The position numbers were made by a program, and so were the translations under genes. Of a stretch of DNA of 64,000 bases, positions 54,701 through 64,000 are shown piece after piece. Position 1 is the first letter of the stretch. The number at the start of each line of letters is the position of its first letter. The DNA is from a virus. The notes beneath the pieces are model-generated. The model searched no databases, had not been told where the DNA came from, and saw nothing but the letters and a program-made list of their open reading frames with translations. The stretch lies in IMG/VR virus record IMGVR_UViG_3300002835_000018. One strand, given 5' to 3'.

Positions 54701-57700
54701 AAGCTTCAGAAAAGTCTGTTGCATTATTTAATCCATTAGATGCACTTGCTATACAAAATAAAGAGGTTGGTGGTGGTCAAGCTTATTACAACAATAAGAT
54801 AAGGCCAAAAACCAAAGACATAACTTCTTTCTTGCTTGCTGAAGAAGAAAGAAAAAAGATAGCAGAATTACAACCAGGGGTTGGAAAAGATAGTACAGCT
54901 ATAGCAATTAACGCTTTGGCTGGCGGTAATCTTGCTGCTAAGTTACCATCGGCACTTGCTCAAAATAAAGCTGTTCAAACTGCCAATATTGACTTAGGCA
55001 AACTATCTGAAGAAATACAAGCTGCTAATAAAGGTGGTACAGATTCTACACAATTAGCATCAATAATAACTGCTGCTATTGGTAAGAGGCTTGCTACTCT
55101 TCGAGCAGAACAAGAACAAGTTCAAGGAAATTTAGCTGGATCATTAGGTCTTAAAATTACTACTGATCAAAAAGGCAATAGAGATATAGCTAAAGATCAA
55201 GATCCTACTAAGGGTGGTGTTGGTGGTTTTGTAACAGATTTAATTAAAAATAATGTTACTGGTGCTGCTTTTACACAAGCTACTGAAGATGTAAAAAGGC
55301 TTGGCAATGTTATTGGCACACAATTTACTGCTCAAATGGGTATTCTTGAAGCACAAACAACAGCAGCAACAACACAAATAGCAGCATTAAATATTCAAAT
55401 AGCAGCTTTAGGAAAACCAAAACCTCCAGTACCAAATGCTCAAAATGTAAATGCTATTGCACCACCACAAGTGGCAAATCCACCAGTTGCACAAAACAAT
55501 CTTGTTAGACCACAAGGTATACCATTTGCACCAGCGAGATTAAGCACTGGCGGTATGGTAACCCATTCTTCTGCGATAGTTGGTGCAGATCCAAAAGTAT
55601 TTAAGCCAATAGGTCCAGATACAATACCAGCTATGTTGAATGATGGCGAATATGTGGTTAACGCAAAAGCAACATCTGAAAATCTTCCTTTGCTACAAGC
55701 CTTAAATGGCGGTGGAACAGTTAAACCTACAAAAGCAATGAATGATGGCGGTGCTGTTAAATATTTGGCTGGCGGTGCTTTTGTTGGTGGTCCTGCTGGT
55801 GCTGGTGTTGCTGTTAATGCAGTTGAATTAAAAAGAATTATAGATGATGAAAGACAAAGAAGGGTTGATCTTGCTATATTACAAAAATTTGGAAACCTTA
55901 GAGGTTCTTGGAGAAGAAATGCTTTAAATAACTCTTTGAGAATACAAGCTGGAGATAGTAATCTTACGAATATTCCTTATCAGGGTGGACAGTTTATTGC
56001 AAGTGCAATAGTTTCTCCTGCGTTTGATGAACCTTGGACTCCAATTAAAGATATAACAACCGCAGGGTTAAAAACAAATAATTTAAATCCGCAACAAAAA
56101 GAAGCTTTAAATAAAAAAGCTATATTTGGAATGCCATTAAATATTAAACCAGTTCATTATCAGTGGATTACTGGAATTACAGACAAGTACATTCGTGGTG
56201 ATTTAACACAACAACAAAAAAACACTAATATTAATGCTAATCAAAGTGTTTTTGATGTAACAGCAAAAGATGCACAAGGAAATAGCAAAGAATATTATAG
56301 AAGAAGGGCAAAATTAGACCCATTTTTTCAAGGCTTATTAGTATATGGTGCTCCAGTACAGTTTGGAGAAAATAAAAAATTTAGTGATACATTTGGATTT
56401 GATCTTGCGGATGAAAATTTTCCAGTGTTAGGTTTTTCTAAGGGCGGTCAAGCTGGTCGTAAAACTCCAGCTATGGTTCAATCTGGAGAATTTATTGTTG
56501 GTGCAGATAAAGCTAAAAAGAATAAGGGTCTTTTAGATCATATGAATGGCGGGGGTAAGGTTAGTTATTTAAGCTTGGGAGGTATGAGTGAAGCAGATGA
56601 GTTTATGAGAAATTCATCTAAACCAGGTGTTCAAAACATATTACAAACTTTTAGGAATAATGATAGTGGTCCAGGTAATCTTAAAATTAAAAGGATGGAC
56701 CCACTTAACACAACTGGCGTAGCAACAAGGGGCACTGAATATCTTTTAGAAAGAGCAAGACACTACCTTGGAGAACGAATAGCTAATCAATTTTCAAGAA
56801 TTTTAAGTAAACCAGCAGAAGATGTTGGACCAGATAGAAGAGTTATGAAAAAAATGCAGATGTTTCAAGATATTCTGCCTACATTAGAAAAAAATCCAGA
56901 ACAACTTGAGAGCACAAGAGGGTTTTACAATATAAAAAGAGACACAGCAGTAACTTTAATACGAGGTGAAGCTGGACCAGTCCAGCCCCAATCGTCACGA
57001 AAAACCACTAGGCATGAATTTGGTGGTCATGCTCTTACATATGCTGCTGAAAAACCTGGAGCCAAGCTTAAAAATTCAATATTTGGATCTCTTGGATTAG
57101 ACACGCTTGAGAACTTGTTTAAACCAACAAGAACAGTTGCTGAAACACACGCTAGAATTGTTGAAGAAAAAAGTCCAGCAGCTTCATTAAAAAGAATGAT
57201 AAGTTTTTTATCTAATCAAAAAGCAGCCAATGCTTATGGTGCTAACCCAATTTTAGGTAAAGATGCATTAGGATTTCATGCACAAGCCCTTAAAGATTTA
57301 CAAGGAAATAAAGGTCAGATTCCAATAGATGGTCTTTTATCAGGGGCTGGTAAAGGTAAAGAGGCAGAACTTTTTAAAGAATTTTTGACAAGAGCAGGTA
57401 AAAAAACATCATCCATAAGTGAAGTAGCTGGTAAGTCCTACATTAATGCAAAAGCATTTGTTGGTGCTGGTCTTTTAAATCCTAAAAAATCTATAGGTGC
57501 AGGATTAGTTGCAGCAGCATCTTTATTTGGTTCTACTGGAAAATCATATGGACAAGAAGCAATTAAAGCCAAAGATAGTGATTCAATTGTAATACCAGGA
57601 TATGAATCAACAGAAGAACAAATAAAAGCTGATAACGATTTGAAAGCTATACAAGCAAATGAAAAGTTTTGGGAAAATGCTATTATGGCAGGGTATATTG

Positions 57701-60700
57701 CTTCTCCTTTTGCTGCTGTTGGTACTGTTGCTTTAGCATCAAGATATAGAACTAATCAAAAAATAGCTGGTTTATTTCCAGATGATGTAGATGCTCAAAA
57801 AAAATATAGGAAAGGAAGTGCAGCCGACAGAATGATAATGATTAAAAATTTAAAGTATACCGAAGAAGGAAAAAGTTTAGTAAAAACATATGAGTCTTTT
57901 ATAAAAGACACAACTAATAAAGGTATAGTTACTAGAAATGTACCATTTGCTGGATTTTTTGGTCGTCTTGGTAAAGGTATTGGTAAGTTTGGCGTAAATA
58001 CTGTCAAGGGTATTGGTAATATTGTTGGCGATTTTAACAGTGGTGAGCTTCAGTCAAATATTATAAAAAGTATTGGTATTGGCAAATCAGACGAAATACC
58101 AATGAATAAAGCTGGTGGAGTAGATTGGGGTAAAAATATTCCAACCAATCAAATAGAAGCTAGTATAAAAAGTCCAGATACCACTCCACAAATGAGGGCT
58201 GTTTTACAAAAAATATTGGATGAAAGAGCAGGAAAACCAACTTCAGAAGTTTCAACAAATCCAGTTGTTTCAGAAACATCAAATAATCCTATTAAAGTTG
58301 AAAAAGTAATTAATGATCTTTCTAATTTTGAACGAAATAAAAATGTTTCAATGAAACAAATAAAAGATTTAAATTTAAGCGACCTTAAAAAAATATATGA
58401 AAATAAAAATCTTCCTAAAAAATATAGAGAACAAGCACAAACAGAAAGATTTAATAGAATTGTAAACGATAAAACAAATAATAATATTGCTGCAAACAAG
58501 CAAGATTTTGTAAATGAATTTAAAAAATTAAGTCCGCTTGATCAAAACAGATTTGTAACTATGTATGAGGCAGATCAGTTAACAGCACCATTAGATTCAG
58601 AAATACCAAAACCAAAAACAAACGAAGCAAAACCAGTTGTAATAGAAAAACCAATTAAAAATAGTACCAATAATAATATTTACGAATTTTTAAAGAGTAA
58701 AAAAGTTCCAGAAAACATAATAAAAGCCACACTTAAAAAAACCTCAAGATTTTTAGAAAGTCCTATTGCACAACCAATAACTAAAAAAATTGCATTGGAT
58801 ATTGCCAATGACATAAAAACAAGAATGGTTACTGCTTCACAAAAATCTACAGAGGGTAAACCTAATGAGTTACAACTTTCAAAAGAAAAGTATAAGGCAG
58901 ATGCCAACAAGTTTTTACAAAATGAATTGGATGCTAGATATGGTGAAAGAAAATTAATTTCTAAAAATGGGCTTAAACCTCTTAAATTAACTAGAGAAAC
59001 ACCAATTCCTGGTAATGTAATAGCGGAAATTCAATCCAGAAACCCTTATCTTTTAGCAAATCAGATTTACAACGCAAGAGAAAATGCTGCCACTGCTAAT
59101 TTTAGAACAGAAGGATTATCAGTAGAACAAATTCAAGCTAAAAAAATAGAATATGCTAAAAGAGCAGCCATTTTTCGAAACATAAAAAGTGCAGAACAAC
59201 AAAGAGCAATATCGCTTGCTCAAGCAAGAGAGGTCATTAGATTAGAAAATATAGCTTTACAAGAAGTAGAAGGTTTTAAAAGAGCAGAAGGTGCAAGAAA
59301 AAGAATAGAAAATGCTAATAAAGAAATAGAAAGACAAAACGCAGCAAAAAATAAAAATGTAATTGGAATAAAACCAGATGGTGAAGTAAAAGCTGGAAAA
59401 GTTCAAGTGAAAGTGGAAAAAAAAGTTCGGGATGTATTTAATATAAAACCAGATGAAGTAAAAGCCGAAAAAAATCTTGGCATTCCTAAAGAAATTCCAA
59501 AAGAGATATATGGTTTAAAACCAGATCCAGTAAAAACAGATATAACAAATAAAACTGAACCAAGCAAAGTACCACCAAAAGTTGATGTAACAACAGGCAA
59601 TAAACCAAATCTAAATGATGCAGGAAAAGGAACAGTTGTTCCAACAACAACAGAGGGAAGAACTGGTGTTCAACCAAGCAAAGTACCACCATCAGAATTA
59701 GTTGGACCACTACCACCAACACCAGAACAAATAGCAGCAGAAGCAGCAGCAAAAGCTGAAACAGCAAAAGCAACTGAAGCAGCTAAAGCAGAACCAGCAG
59801 CAAAAAACAATGCACCTGTTGAAGCACCAAAAACTGTTAGACAAATTTTAGAAAAAAACGGTGTCACTCCAAGTGAAATGGCTCAAGTACAAAATCAATT
59901 TCCAGATATTGCAAAAGGTAGAAAAATTAATGAAATAATGAAAGCTGTCCAACGAGTAAGAGAAAAAAATAAAGCAAGTTTTGTGGAAACAAACAATCAA
60001 CTAATTAGAGCAAACAATAACTCTAAAACTATAATTGGCAATAGTTCAAAATTCAATATGATCGATGGTGGAAAAACAATACAAAAATATGGCACTTATG
60101 CACAAATAGCATTGCCACTCGTTAAAACATCAATTGTTGATTATATGAATGGTGTTGATCCAAGTGAAATTAAGAAAAAGTTGGGTGCAGAAGCATTAAC
60201 TTCAGCAGCACTTATACCTCTGTTTGAAGGTCTTACAAGAATACCAAAAGTAGCTCCATTTGCTGGACCTTTAGGATTAGCATTTCTGCCTCAAACAGCT
60301 ACTGACTTAGAAAAAATAGGAACGGCTCTGACCACTAACAAAAATCAAGGTCAAATTAAATCTGTTGTTGAAAATTATGGAACAGTTTTTCCAGAAATTG
60401 CAAATCTATACGACAAGAAAAAATATGAAAGTTCAAGTTTAATACTTGGAGAAAGCGATGCTGATACAACACTTGCTGGACAAGGAGCTTCTTATCTTGG
60501 AACAATAGCTGCTGGAGCACTTGCTGGAAGTGCTATTCCTATTCCTGGTGGCACATTACTTGGTGGTGCAGCCGGATTTTTAATTGCTTCTTATAAATTT
60601 TTAAGAGATACATATGCTAGAAATTTAAAACTAAGAAAAAACGATGAGGCTAAAACACTAAGAAAGTATTTACAACCAAGGTTTGATGCTAGAGGTATGG

Positions 60701-63696
60701 GTTCCGACAATGCTGCTTTTTTTGATGACAAGGATGATACATTATACACAAAATTACTCAAAGAAAACCCATCTTTGTTTTTCAACAACTTTTCTGATGA
60801 AATTGAATCTTATGGAATAGTAACGGATAGGAGATATGGAGATTTAAAAAATCAAAGATATCTTAATGAAAACCCCTATACATCAATAGAAGATGCAATA
60901 CTTTTTGAAAAGTTAAAAGATGACAAAGGCAAAGGCGAGAGAGGAATGCCAGAGTCGTTTATCTCAGAAATAACTCCTTTGCAAAAAAGTGGGGCAAGTG
61001 AAGGACAACTTAATAAAATCAGAGAAAAATATGAATCAAAAAATGCAGCCACAGATTTCATTTTGAAAAAACTTGGAAAAGGTGATGTTGAAAAAATAAA
61101 CGACTATGATAAAAGTGCAATATTTGGAAGATTGTTTAAACAAGATAAAAACATATTAAATATTGAAGAGCTTGGACCAAAAATATTGTTTGACGATCAA
61201 AATGAACAAAAAATAGTAGAAATAGCAAAATCACTTGGTGTTAAGATGCCAGATGATCAAGAATATTCTATAAAAGATTTAAATACAAATTATGATGTTT
61301 TTAGAAAAAATTTAAAGCTAGAACAGTTGGCTCAAAATATAAAAACTACTGCAAATCTTGAAAACTTAGAAGGTCAAACAATATTAAGTGCAAGTGAAAA
61401 ACTAAAAAAACAAAAAGGTGGACTTTATGTATTACCAATTCAAAGAAGAAGACTTGATGACTATATAAATCAAACATATAAAGAAGTTTCTAATTTAATG
61501 GAACCAACTTATACAGTTGACGGATTAGAGGGAGCAGAACCAAGAAAAATAGATACAGATAAGGAAAAAAGAAAAAATTTACAAAAAAATATTGAAAACG
61601 AATTATTTAATGGGTCTTATGAGGAAGATGCAACAAAAACAGATTTGCTAAATTATGTTAAATTAATGAAAAATATAAATCAGAAAAAATATTATAAAGA
61701 TAGAAATTATGGTGTGGAAGAAATAAAATATGCTGGCCTATTGCCACAATATCAAAATATTGAAATTGAAAAAAGACAAAAAGAAAATGCTTTAATATTA
61801 GAACAATTTAGCAAAGACTTTGGTAAAAAACTTACTGCAATAGTTCCATTCTTCAACAACAATTTATTCAACACAAAATTTGATGCATTGCAATATAGTT
61901 CTAATGATGGAAATGTACAAACCAAAGAGGACTTCTTTAAATATGATAAAGATAAAATAAAAAAAGATTTAAATATTCCAGAGAAAGAAGAAGTGGTTTC
62001 AAAAAACATATATGACTATTTTGAAAAAAACAAGAGTATAAAATACAATTGGATTGGTGCTAAAGAAAATAATTTAGATCAACCAATAGCTATGGCCTCT
62101 GGCGGTATTGTTCCAAGCAGTGCTCCAAACCCTGACCCATCCTTCTTTGTCGCAAAGGGCAGTGATACTGTACCAGCAATACTATCTCCTGGTGAGTATG
62201 TAGTTAATGCTAGGGCAACTGCTGCTAATCTCCCTCTCTTGCAAAATCTTAACAGTGGTGGGGCGGTAAAGTACTTATATCGTGGTGGTGATCTTCAAGC
62301 TATAAACCCATACTATGCTAGGCTTTCTGGACAATCTCCAGGCAGAGGATACATTAACTCTCGTGGAAGACAAAGGACAGACTTTGATATAGGGGCACAG
62401 GGTTATTTAGCCTCTAAAAACTTTAACCCTAGAAGTAACGCAAACACTCTTAATAATTTGGCTAATTATGCAGCAGATAGATCAGGATTTTTAAACAAGC
62501 CAGGATATGGAAGATACACTTACAATAGTTTCTATGGACCAAAACACTCAAAAGAATTTGGTGGTGATGGCTATGGTTCTACTTCTTTTAGCGGTAGAAA
62601 TGCAATTCCTGATTATCTTGGTGGACTAAATGCGTTATCTGATTCTCGATATGGCTCACCAAAAATGGCTGGTGTTACAAAATTCGCACTCGAAGATTGG
62701 GCTTTCGAAGATATTCTTAACAATAGAGAAATTTCCAGAGGGCCAATTGGTGGTTATCAAATGTCCGATGTTGGAAGCAGATACATATCTGGATTAATTG
62801 GTGGACCACCCGCTGATAAAGTAAGTCTTAAAGACTATATGAATGAACTTGGTTTTAGTAAGGCTGGAAATCAAACATTCCAAGGCGTTAGTGCTAACAA
62901 AGCATTAGCAATGGGAAGCCTTGCTGATACTCCAGGAAGTAATGTGGGCATAGCTCAACAGGCAATATCTTCAATACAAACTAAAGGTTTAGGAAACCTA
63001 TCGGTAAACAATACAGATGTGGCAGCAGCTACAGCTTTAGATACTATTAAAAATGCAAGAATGTCGCACTATAATCAGCCAAGAAGATTTTTTGCCAACG
63101 GTGGCTCAACCACTGATACTCAACCAGCTATGTTAACACCAGGAGAGTTTGTTGTAAGTAAACCAGCAGTAGATAGAGTTGGAACTGCATTTTTAGATAG
63201 AGTAAACAATTATGCTAAAGGTGGAAAAGTTGGTTATTATCAAAATGGAACTGGTAGTTCTAATTCTGGAAGTGGACCAATTTTAGGTGTTGATTTTAAA
63301 ATACTTCAATCTGCATCCGAAAATTTACAAGGTGTAGCAGGACTTGTGAGTTCGGCTGTAATACAATTAGGAACATCTTTTGGACAAGCTGCTGGTACAA
63401 TAACATCATCAATGTCATTAATTGATAAAGTTGGATCACTAATGAATAGCTCATCATCAGCAATGTACTCTAGTAGTCTTGCTTTTGAAAGAGCAGTCAA
63501 CAATCTAGCATCTGCACTAGATCGTGTACCAAAAACAATAAACTTGGCTATTGCACCATTATCATTGAATGTAAGCTTTAATACCCCAAGCGTACTAGCA
63601 GCAATACAACAATCATTGTCTGGTATAACAACTAATGTTGCAGGAATGATTCGTTCAGCAATTGAAGACAACAATAATGATCAAATGAGGGCATAA
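48742..63696 (+). CDS. Giant tape measure protein (4,984 aa) with repeated modules and embedded enzyme-like domains
   Basis: TP901-type core at the N-terminus (AVEFDREMVRLTQVS...RESAESIGTGLRTIFTR); G/A-rich TM-like segments; position after the tail chaperones. Confidence 0.9.
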   Translation: MAFNLTAQLSVALNTASLKNAANTINSQLKDVGAVSLGIPKNDADNLRYIKVQAAEASTAMEQFGRQSGLAAKRFVAFTLTAGAIITFTSSLKQALTAAVEFDREMVRLTQVSTDSVGQVGAVGNEVSRLSKNYGVSSKDLLTTAVTLKQANLSLADTKVALEALAQAALAPSFDNLRDTTEGAIAVMNQFGISAKDLGNALGAINAVAAEFAVEAQDLIEGVRKAGGAFKSAGGDLNEFLALFTSIRQTTRESAESIGTGLRTIFTRVQRNETVEALKDIGVQLRYTADEARAAGDLGLANQFVGPYEAVKRLSGALNELRSTDPRFSAIIEELGGYRQISKVIPLIQEFGVAQKALGIAQIGGASLALNAAQAQEAFGVKIQKVKEEFADFIRNLTNTSSFRSLIDLLLGAASAGIALADSLKGILPVITAIAAVKTVQSLTSFTKGFASTAFAPAPASQPSTFSPFLPTGGRKASGGIIKMAKGGIVPGVGRGDKVPALLEPGELVIPRNRFDMGGKVLDVIKETGKTSLNDLYDPELDAYKFIGQIKRNKLGKYDKYRKDSERMLNAGKNVYENEMANPKSTPQKAVEKANSAVTKAFGRKVVGGRDNFLGQLGENYFKVKIGEGSQSQYNQIAGALGEADTAKKLRRNPQTSNYVKLPNQQGMDFIGDDKLIETKVTKNQVPDIEIIAKALLYEGKLANINPKSSYKNQRDDSINLSNLSVYESFEKKLALGGLVPGVGNTDSVPLDLPIGSYVIKKSSVNSIGASNLSRLGRASGGVIPSLVMPGEYIYTPDETKKIGVPNLDHMNTTGRKKFARGGYGSLTKEEIKIAKQVEGQLRIPTNKAEKRQNRQEAIAVAEDVTNTTKQVKALEPIYKQQANKVAQGQKNEENINAARAEILKTMEERKGILKDVKAKEQEERDIQARHISNAKAKEQEIRGLETQKRGVAVGSREEKAIDKKIQAATRVKTNYENLAANKQASIDAAASTTAEAQKNVGQSVNNLKQVNQSAARNKAFVDQAQKDLEKTGSEINALKNKYKDNPDGNITKDGKVITSTYGDAYKKEIRKELSNYKKLYGEEATGGTRKEIRENTAQRLKAGYFNQIKSFSEAKGLEFDEKFANKQAQQMARETVAGRRKFEVSSKGEFYDPVLANRLKTQGYTETGQKKILRKVTDFGKGLVSKEGLQNSSFAVSSGIGLIASAVGPQAEDYKKAVAGGAEGESIVKAGAGISGGLTGAATGLAIGSFAGPFGMAVGALIGGFTGIVSGLTDAKKQISSIKLEEAGNKLKNAFEVAAASFGKISQENLNEITTLQSKIDDEISTKSAASTTFFSRKSYASQEATNTAVERRNQYAAQAGGINALLSKQLQEDIKSSPVVRDEQGKRKPYEIEGFFKDSANISQIARLAIGLDQPISKIKKQLETFAKDFEKQQNAAKSQAQAIEGAQKLSIAFSLIADASTNAANTLNNLTPAFQTITDSLSSNFSVSQKQKISNEIQLPSIDPTGFKTNLKNITGGLGSSGENLQSSGTVLAEMSSILPNILANIRPNDMGGGKDPQSALRSALTQQLKGVGGLDETQIQSYVNSVVGKMGEDFTKMLSESGGDYNELAKKLMSNVSDPFLNAFKTITVNLEKAADTYVAGINKLVQATLTTVQEFDKLSKIQQQTRNIRTNIAIEDEVKRQKKARPFSDVNENVIGLNMTNVADQTQAFREQQARLAGVNVNGQQLTPDEIQAKIEQNRARTEQAQTKQNNSKLTATEGRGDYVEATNELGRLKVEASLLNQAMKNLADSTEEISAIEQRVGKIRQEIAKEEQDNARKQSETENKGEKLLTSSPEQLQRLQAGSQLANVAKSIGGNLLRFNVEQRKAIFEYLDFSGDEGKKLKSQFLQASGFVSKPETAMQDKFGPQLAQLNQQLLAVMAVREQAQINIIKDQQTLQGEFFTKLSAQNEVFFTRLGQQLLMPQVAQQQQIQLESNAKLVDMKASEKSVALFNPLDALAIQNKEVGGGQAYYNNKIRPKTKDITSFLLAEEERKKIAELQPGVGKDSTAIAINALAGGNLAAKLPSALAQNKAVQTANIDLGKLSEEIQAANKGGTDSTQLASIITAAIGKRLATLRAEQEQVQGNLAGSLGLKITTDQKGNRDIAKDQDPTKGGVGGFVTDLIKNNVTGAAFTQATEDVKRLGNVIGTQFTAQMGILEAQTTAATTQIAALNIQIAALGKPKPPVPNAQNVNAIAPPQVANPPVAQNNLVRPQGIPFAPARLSTGGMVTHSSAIVGADPKVFKPIGPDTIPAMLNDGEYVVNAKATSENLPLLQALNGGGTVKPTKAMNDGGAVKYLAGGAFVGGPAGAGVAVNAVELKRIIDDERQRRVDLAILQKFGNLRGSWRRNALNNSLRIQAGDSNLTNIPYQGGQFIASAIVSPAFDEPWTPIKDITTAGLKTNNLNPQQKEALNKKAIFGMPLNIKPVHYQWITGITDKYIRGDLTQQQKNTNINANQSVFDVTAKDAQGNSKEYYRRRAKLDPFFQGLLVYGAPVQFGENKKFSDTFGFDLADENFPVLGFSKGGQAGRKTPAMVQSGEFIVGADKAKKNKGLLDHMNGGGKVSYLSLGGMSEADEFMRNSSKPGVQNILQTFRNNDSGPGNLKIKRMDPLNTTGVATRGTEYLLERARHYLGERIANQFSRILSKPAEDVGPDRRVMKKMQMFQDILPTLEKNPEQLESTRGFYNIKRDTAVTLIRGEAGPVQPQSSRKTTRHEFGGHALTYAAEKPGAKLKNSIFGSLGLDTLENLFKPTRTVAETHARIVEEKSPAASLKRMISFLSNQKAANAYGANPILGKDALGFHAQALKDLQGNKGQIPIDGLLSGAGKGKEAELFKEFLTRAGKKTSSISEVAGKSYINAKAFVGAGLLNPKKSIGAGLVAAASLFGSTGKSYGQEAIKAKDSDSIVIPGYESTEEQIKADNDLKAIQANEKFWENAIMAGYIASPFAAVGTVALASRYRTNQKIAGLFPDDVDAQKKYRKGSAADRMIMIKNLKYTEEGKSLVKTYESFIKDTTNKGIVTRNVPFAGFFGRLGKGIGKFGVNTVKGIGNIVGDFNSGELQSNIIKSIGIGKSDEIPMNKAGGVDWGKNIPTNQIEASIKSPDTTPQMRAVLQKILDERAGKPTSEVSTNPVVSETSNNPIKVEKVINDLSNFERNKNVSMKQIKDLNLSDLKKIYENKNLPKKYREQAQTERFNRIVNDKTNNNIAANKQDFVNEFKKLSPLDQNRFVTMYEADQLTAPLDSEIPKPKTNEAKPVVIEKPIKNSTNNNIYEFLKSKKVPENIIKATLKKTSRFLESPIAQPITKKIALDIANDIKTRMVTASQKSTEGKPNELQLSKEKYKADANKFLQNELDARYGERKLISKNGLKPLKLTRETPIPGNVIAEIQSRNPYLLANQIYNARENAATANFRTEGLSVEQIQAKKIEYAKRAAIFRNIKSAEQQRAISLAQAREVIRLENIALQEVEGFKRAEGARKRIENANKEIERQNAAKNKNVIGIKPDGEVKAGKVQVKVEKKVRDVFNIKPDEVKAEKNLGIPKEIPKEIYGLKPDPVKTDITNKTEPSKVPPKVDVTTGNKPNLNDAGKGTVVPTTTEGRTGVQPSKVPPSELVGPLPPTPEQIAAEAAAKAETAKATEAAKAEPAAKNNAPVEAPKTVRQILEKNGVTPSEMAQVQNQFPDIAKGRKINEIMKAVQRVREKNKASFVETNNQLIRANNNSKTIIGNSSKFNMIDGGKTIQKYGTYAQIALPLVKTSIVDYMNGVDPSEIKKKLGAEALTSAALIPLFEGLTRIPKVAPFAGPLGLAFLPQTATDLEKIGTALTTNKNQGQIKSVVENYGTVFPEIANLYDKKKYESSSLILGESDADTTLAGQGASYLGTIAAGALAGSAIPIPGGTLLGGAAGFLIASYKFLRDTYARNLKLRKNDEAKTLRKYLQPRFDARGMGSDNAAFFDDKDDTLYTKLLKENPSLFFNNFSDEIESYGIVTDRRYGDLKNQRYLNENPYTSIEDAILFEKLKDDKGKGERGMPESFISEITPLQKSGASEGQLNKIREKYESKNAATDFILKKLGKGDVEKINDYDKSAIFGRLFKQDKNILNIEELGPKILFDDQNEQKIVEIAKSLGVKMPDDQEYSIKDLNTNYDVFRKNLKLEQLAQNIKTTANLENLEGQTILSASEKLKKQKGGLYVLPIQRRRLDDYINQTYKEVSNLMEPTYTVDGLEGAEPRKIDTDKEKRKNLQKNIENELFNGSYEEDATKTDLLNYVKLMKNINQKKYYKDRNYGVEEIKYAGLLPQYQNIEIEKRQKENALILEQFSKDFGKKLTAIVPFFNNNLFNTKFDALQYSSNDGNVQTKEDFFKYDKDKIKKDLNIPEKEEVVSKNIYDYFEKNKSIKYNWIGAKENNLDQPIAMASGGIVPSSAPNPDPSFFVAKGSDTVPAILSPGEYVVNARATAANLPLLQNLNSGGAVKYLYRGGDLQAINPYYARLSGQSPGRGYINSRGRQRTDFDIGAQGYLASKNFNPRSNANTLNNLANYAADRSGFLNKPGYGRYTYNSFYGPKHSKEFGGDGYGSTSFSGRNAIPDYLGGLNALSDSRYGSPKMAGVTKFALEDWAFEDILNNREISRGPIGGYQMSDVGSRYISGLIGGPPADKVSLKDYMNELGFSKAGNQTFQGVSANKALAMGSLADTPGSNVGIAQQAISSIQTKGLGNLSVNNTDVAAATALDTIKNARMSHYNQPRRFFANGGSTTDTQPAMLTPGEFVVSKPAVDRVGTAFLDRVNNYAKGGKVGYYQNGTGSSNSGSGPILGVDFKILQSASENLQGVAGLVSSAVIQLGTSFGQAAGTITSSMSLIDKVGSLMNSSSSAMYSSSLAFERAVNNLASALDRVPKTINLAIAPLSLNVSFNTPSVLAAIQQSLSGITTNVAGMIRSAIEDNNNDQMRA

Positions 63697-63697
63697 A

Positions 63698-64000
63698 ATG
63701 CCATTAACGCATCAGTGGAAATTCAATGGCGACTTGAATGATAGTATAGGAAACTTAGATTTTTCTAATACTAGAGGTCTTGTCACATTTGTTGATGGGC
63801 TAGTTCAAAAATGTTTAAACTTTCAAGATGGCTATCATGGCCCATTAACTAGTGGTGTGTTTACACAATCAAACCCATTACCATCAACTGTAGATGCTCC
63901 TTGGACAATATCTTTTTGGGTAAAAAGTGTTGAAGAAGACATTATATTTCAGATATACGGTGGTGGAGATACAAGATTTTACATTTCAATAAAAACATCA
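63698..64000 (+). CDS. Partial LamG/ConA-like domain protein
   Basis: HQWKFNGDLNDSIG...CLNF...WTISFWVK; runs off the window edge. Confidence 0.7.
   Translation, partial: MPLTHQWKFNGDLNDSIGNLDFSNTRGLVTFVDGLVQKCLNFQDGYHGPLTSGVFTQSNPLPSTVDAPWTISFWVKSVEEDIIFQIYGGGDTRFYISIKTS

Noticed and set aside
7467-63340. Other GGTGTA hits inside coding regions (for example about 7467, 12584, 26705, 29219, 31214, 63331)
   Set aside because: They lack the AT-rich tail and are not upstream of gene starts; they are explained by Gly-Val codons or chance.
1-64000. Stop-codon reassignment
   Set aside because: Genes pack tightly under the standard code, and TAG, TGA and TAA all end genes at sensible boundaries.

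Overview
This window is a 64-kb piece of a large, AT-rich tailed dsDNA phage genome (Caudoviricetes), read in the standard genetic code. No sheath gene is seen, so it looks siphovirus-like. The host cannot be assigned from this sequence. Part A (1-9.1 kb, minus strand) is an early/accessory region built as an array of short units. It holds 20 co-oriented copies of one promoter (TAAAT-N16-CGAATA, spacer always 16 nt) driving small ORFs, a DUF932-like gene, a gp88-like Cys-motif gene, a sigma factor, and several ORF-less transcripts that look like repeated structured ncRNA families. Part B (9.3-64 kb, mostly plus strand) is the morphogenesis region. In order it encodes a second sigma factor lacking a clear region 4, a probable small terminase, gmd, an ERCC4 nuclease, terminase, portal, protease-scaffold, decoration protein and capsid. 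These are followed by two proline-poor (G-X-Q)n collagen fibres, three tandem tail-collar paralogues, a holin-like protein, a Cys-rich/Thr-rich mucin-like protein, neck and tail genes, and a 4,984-aa tape measure protein carrying repeated modules and apparent enzyme cargo. Three glycosyltransferase-like genes are scattered through Part B. Late units share a single-box motif, GGTGTAWTWWT. The best candidates for new biology are (1) the promoter-cassette array with its ncRNA families and two-sigma cascade, (2) the modular giant tape measure protein, and (3) a virion glycosylation system. All family assignments come from motifs recognised by eye; no database search was run.
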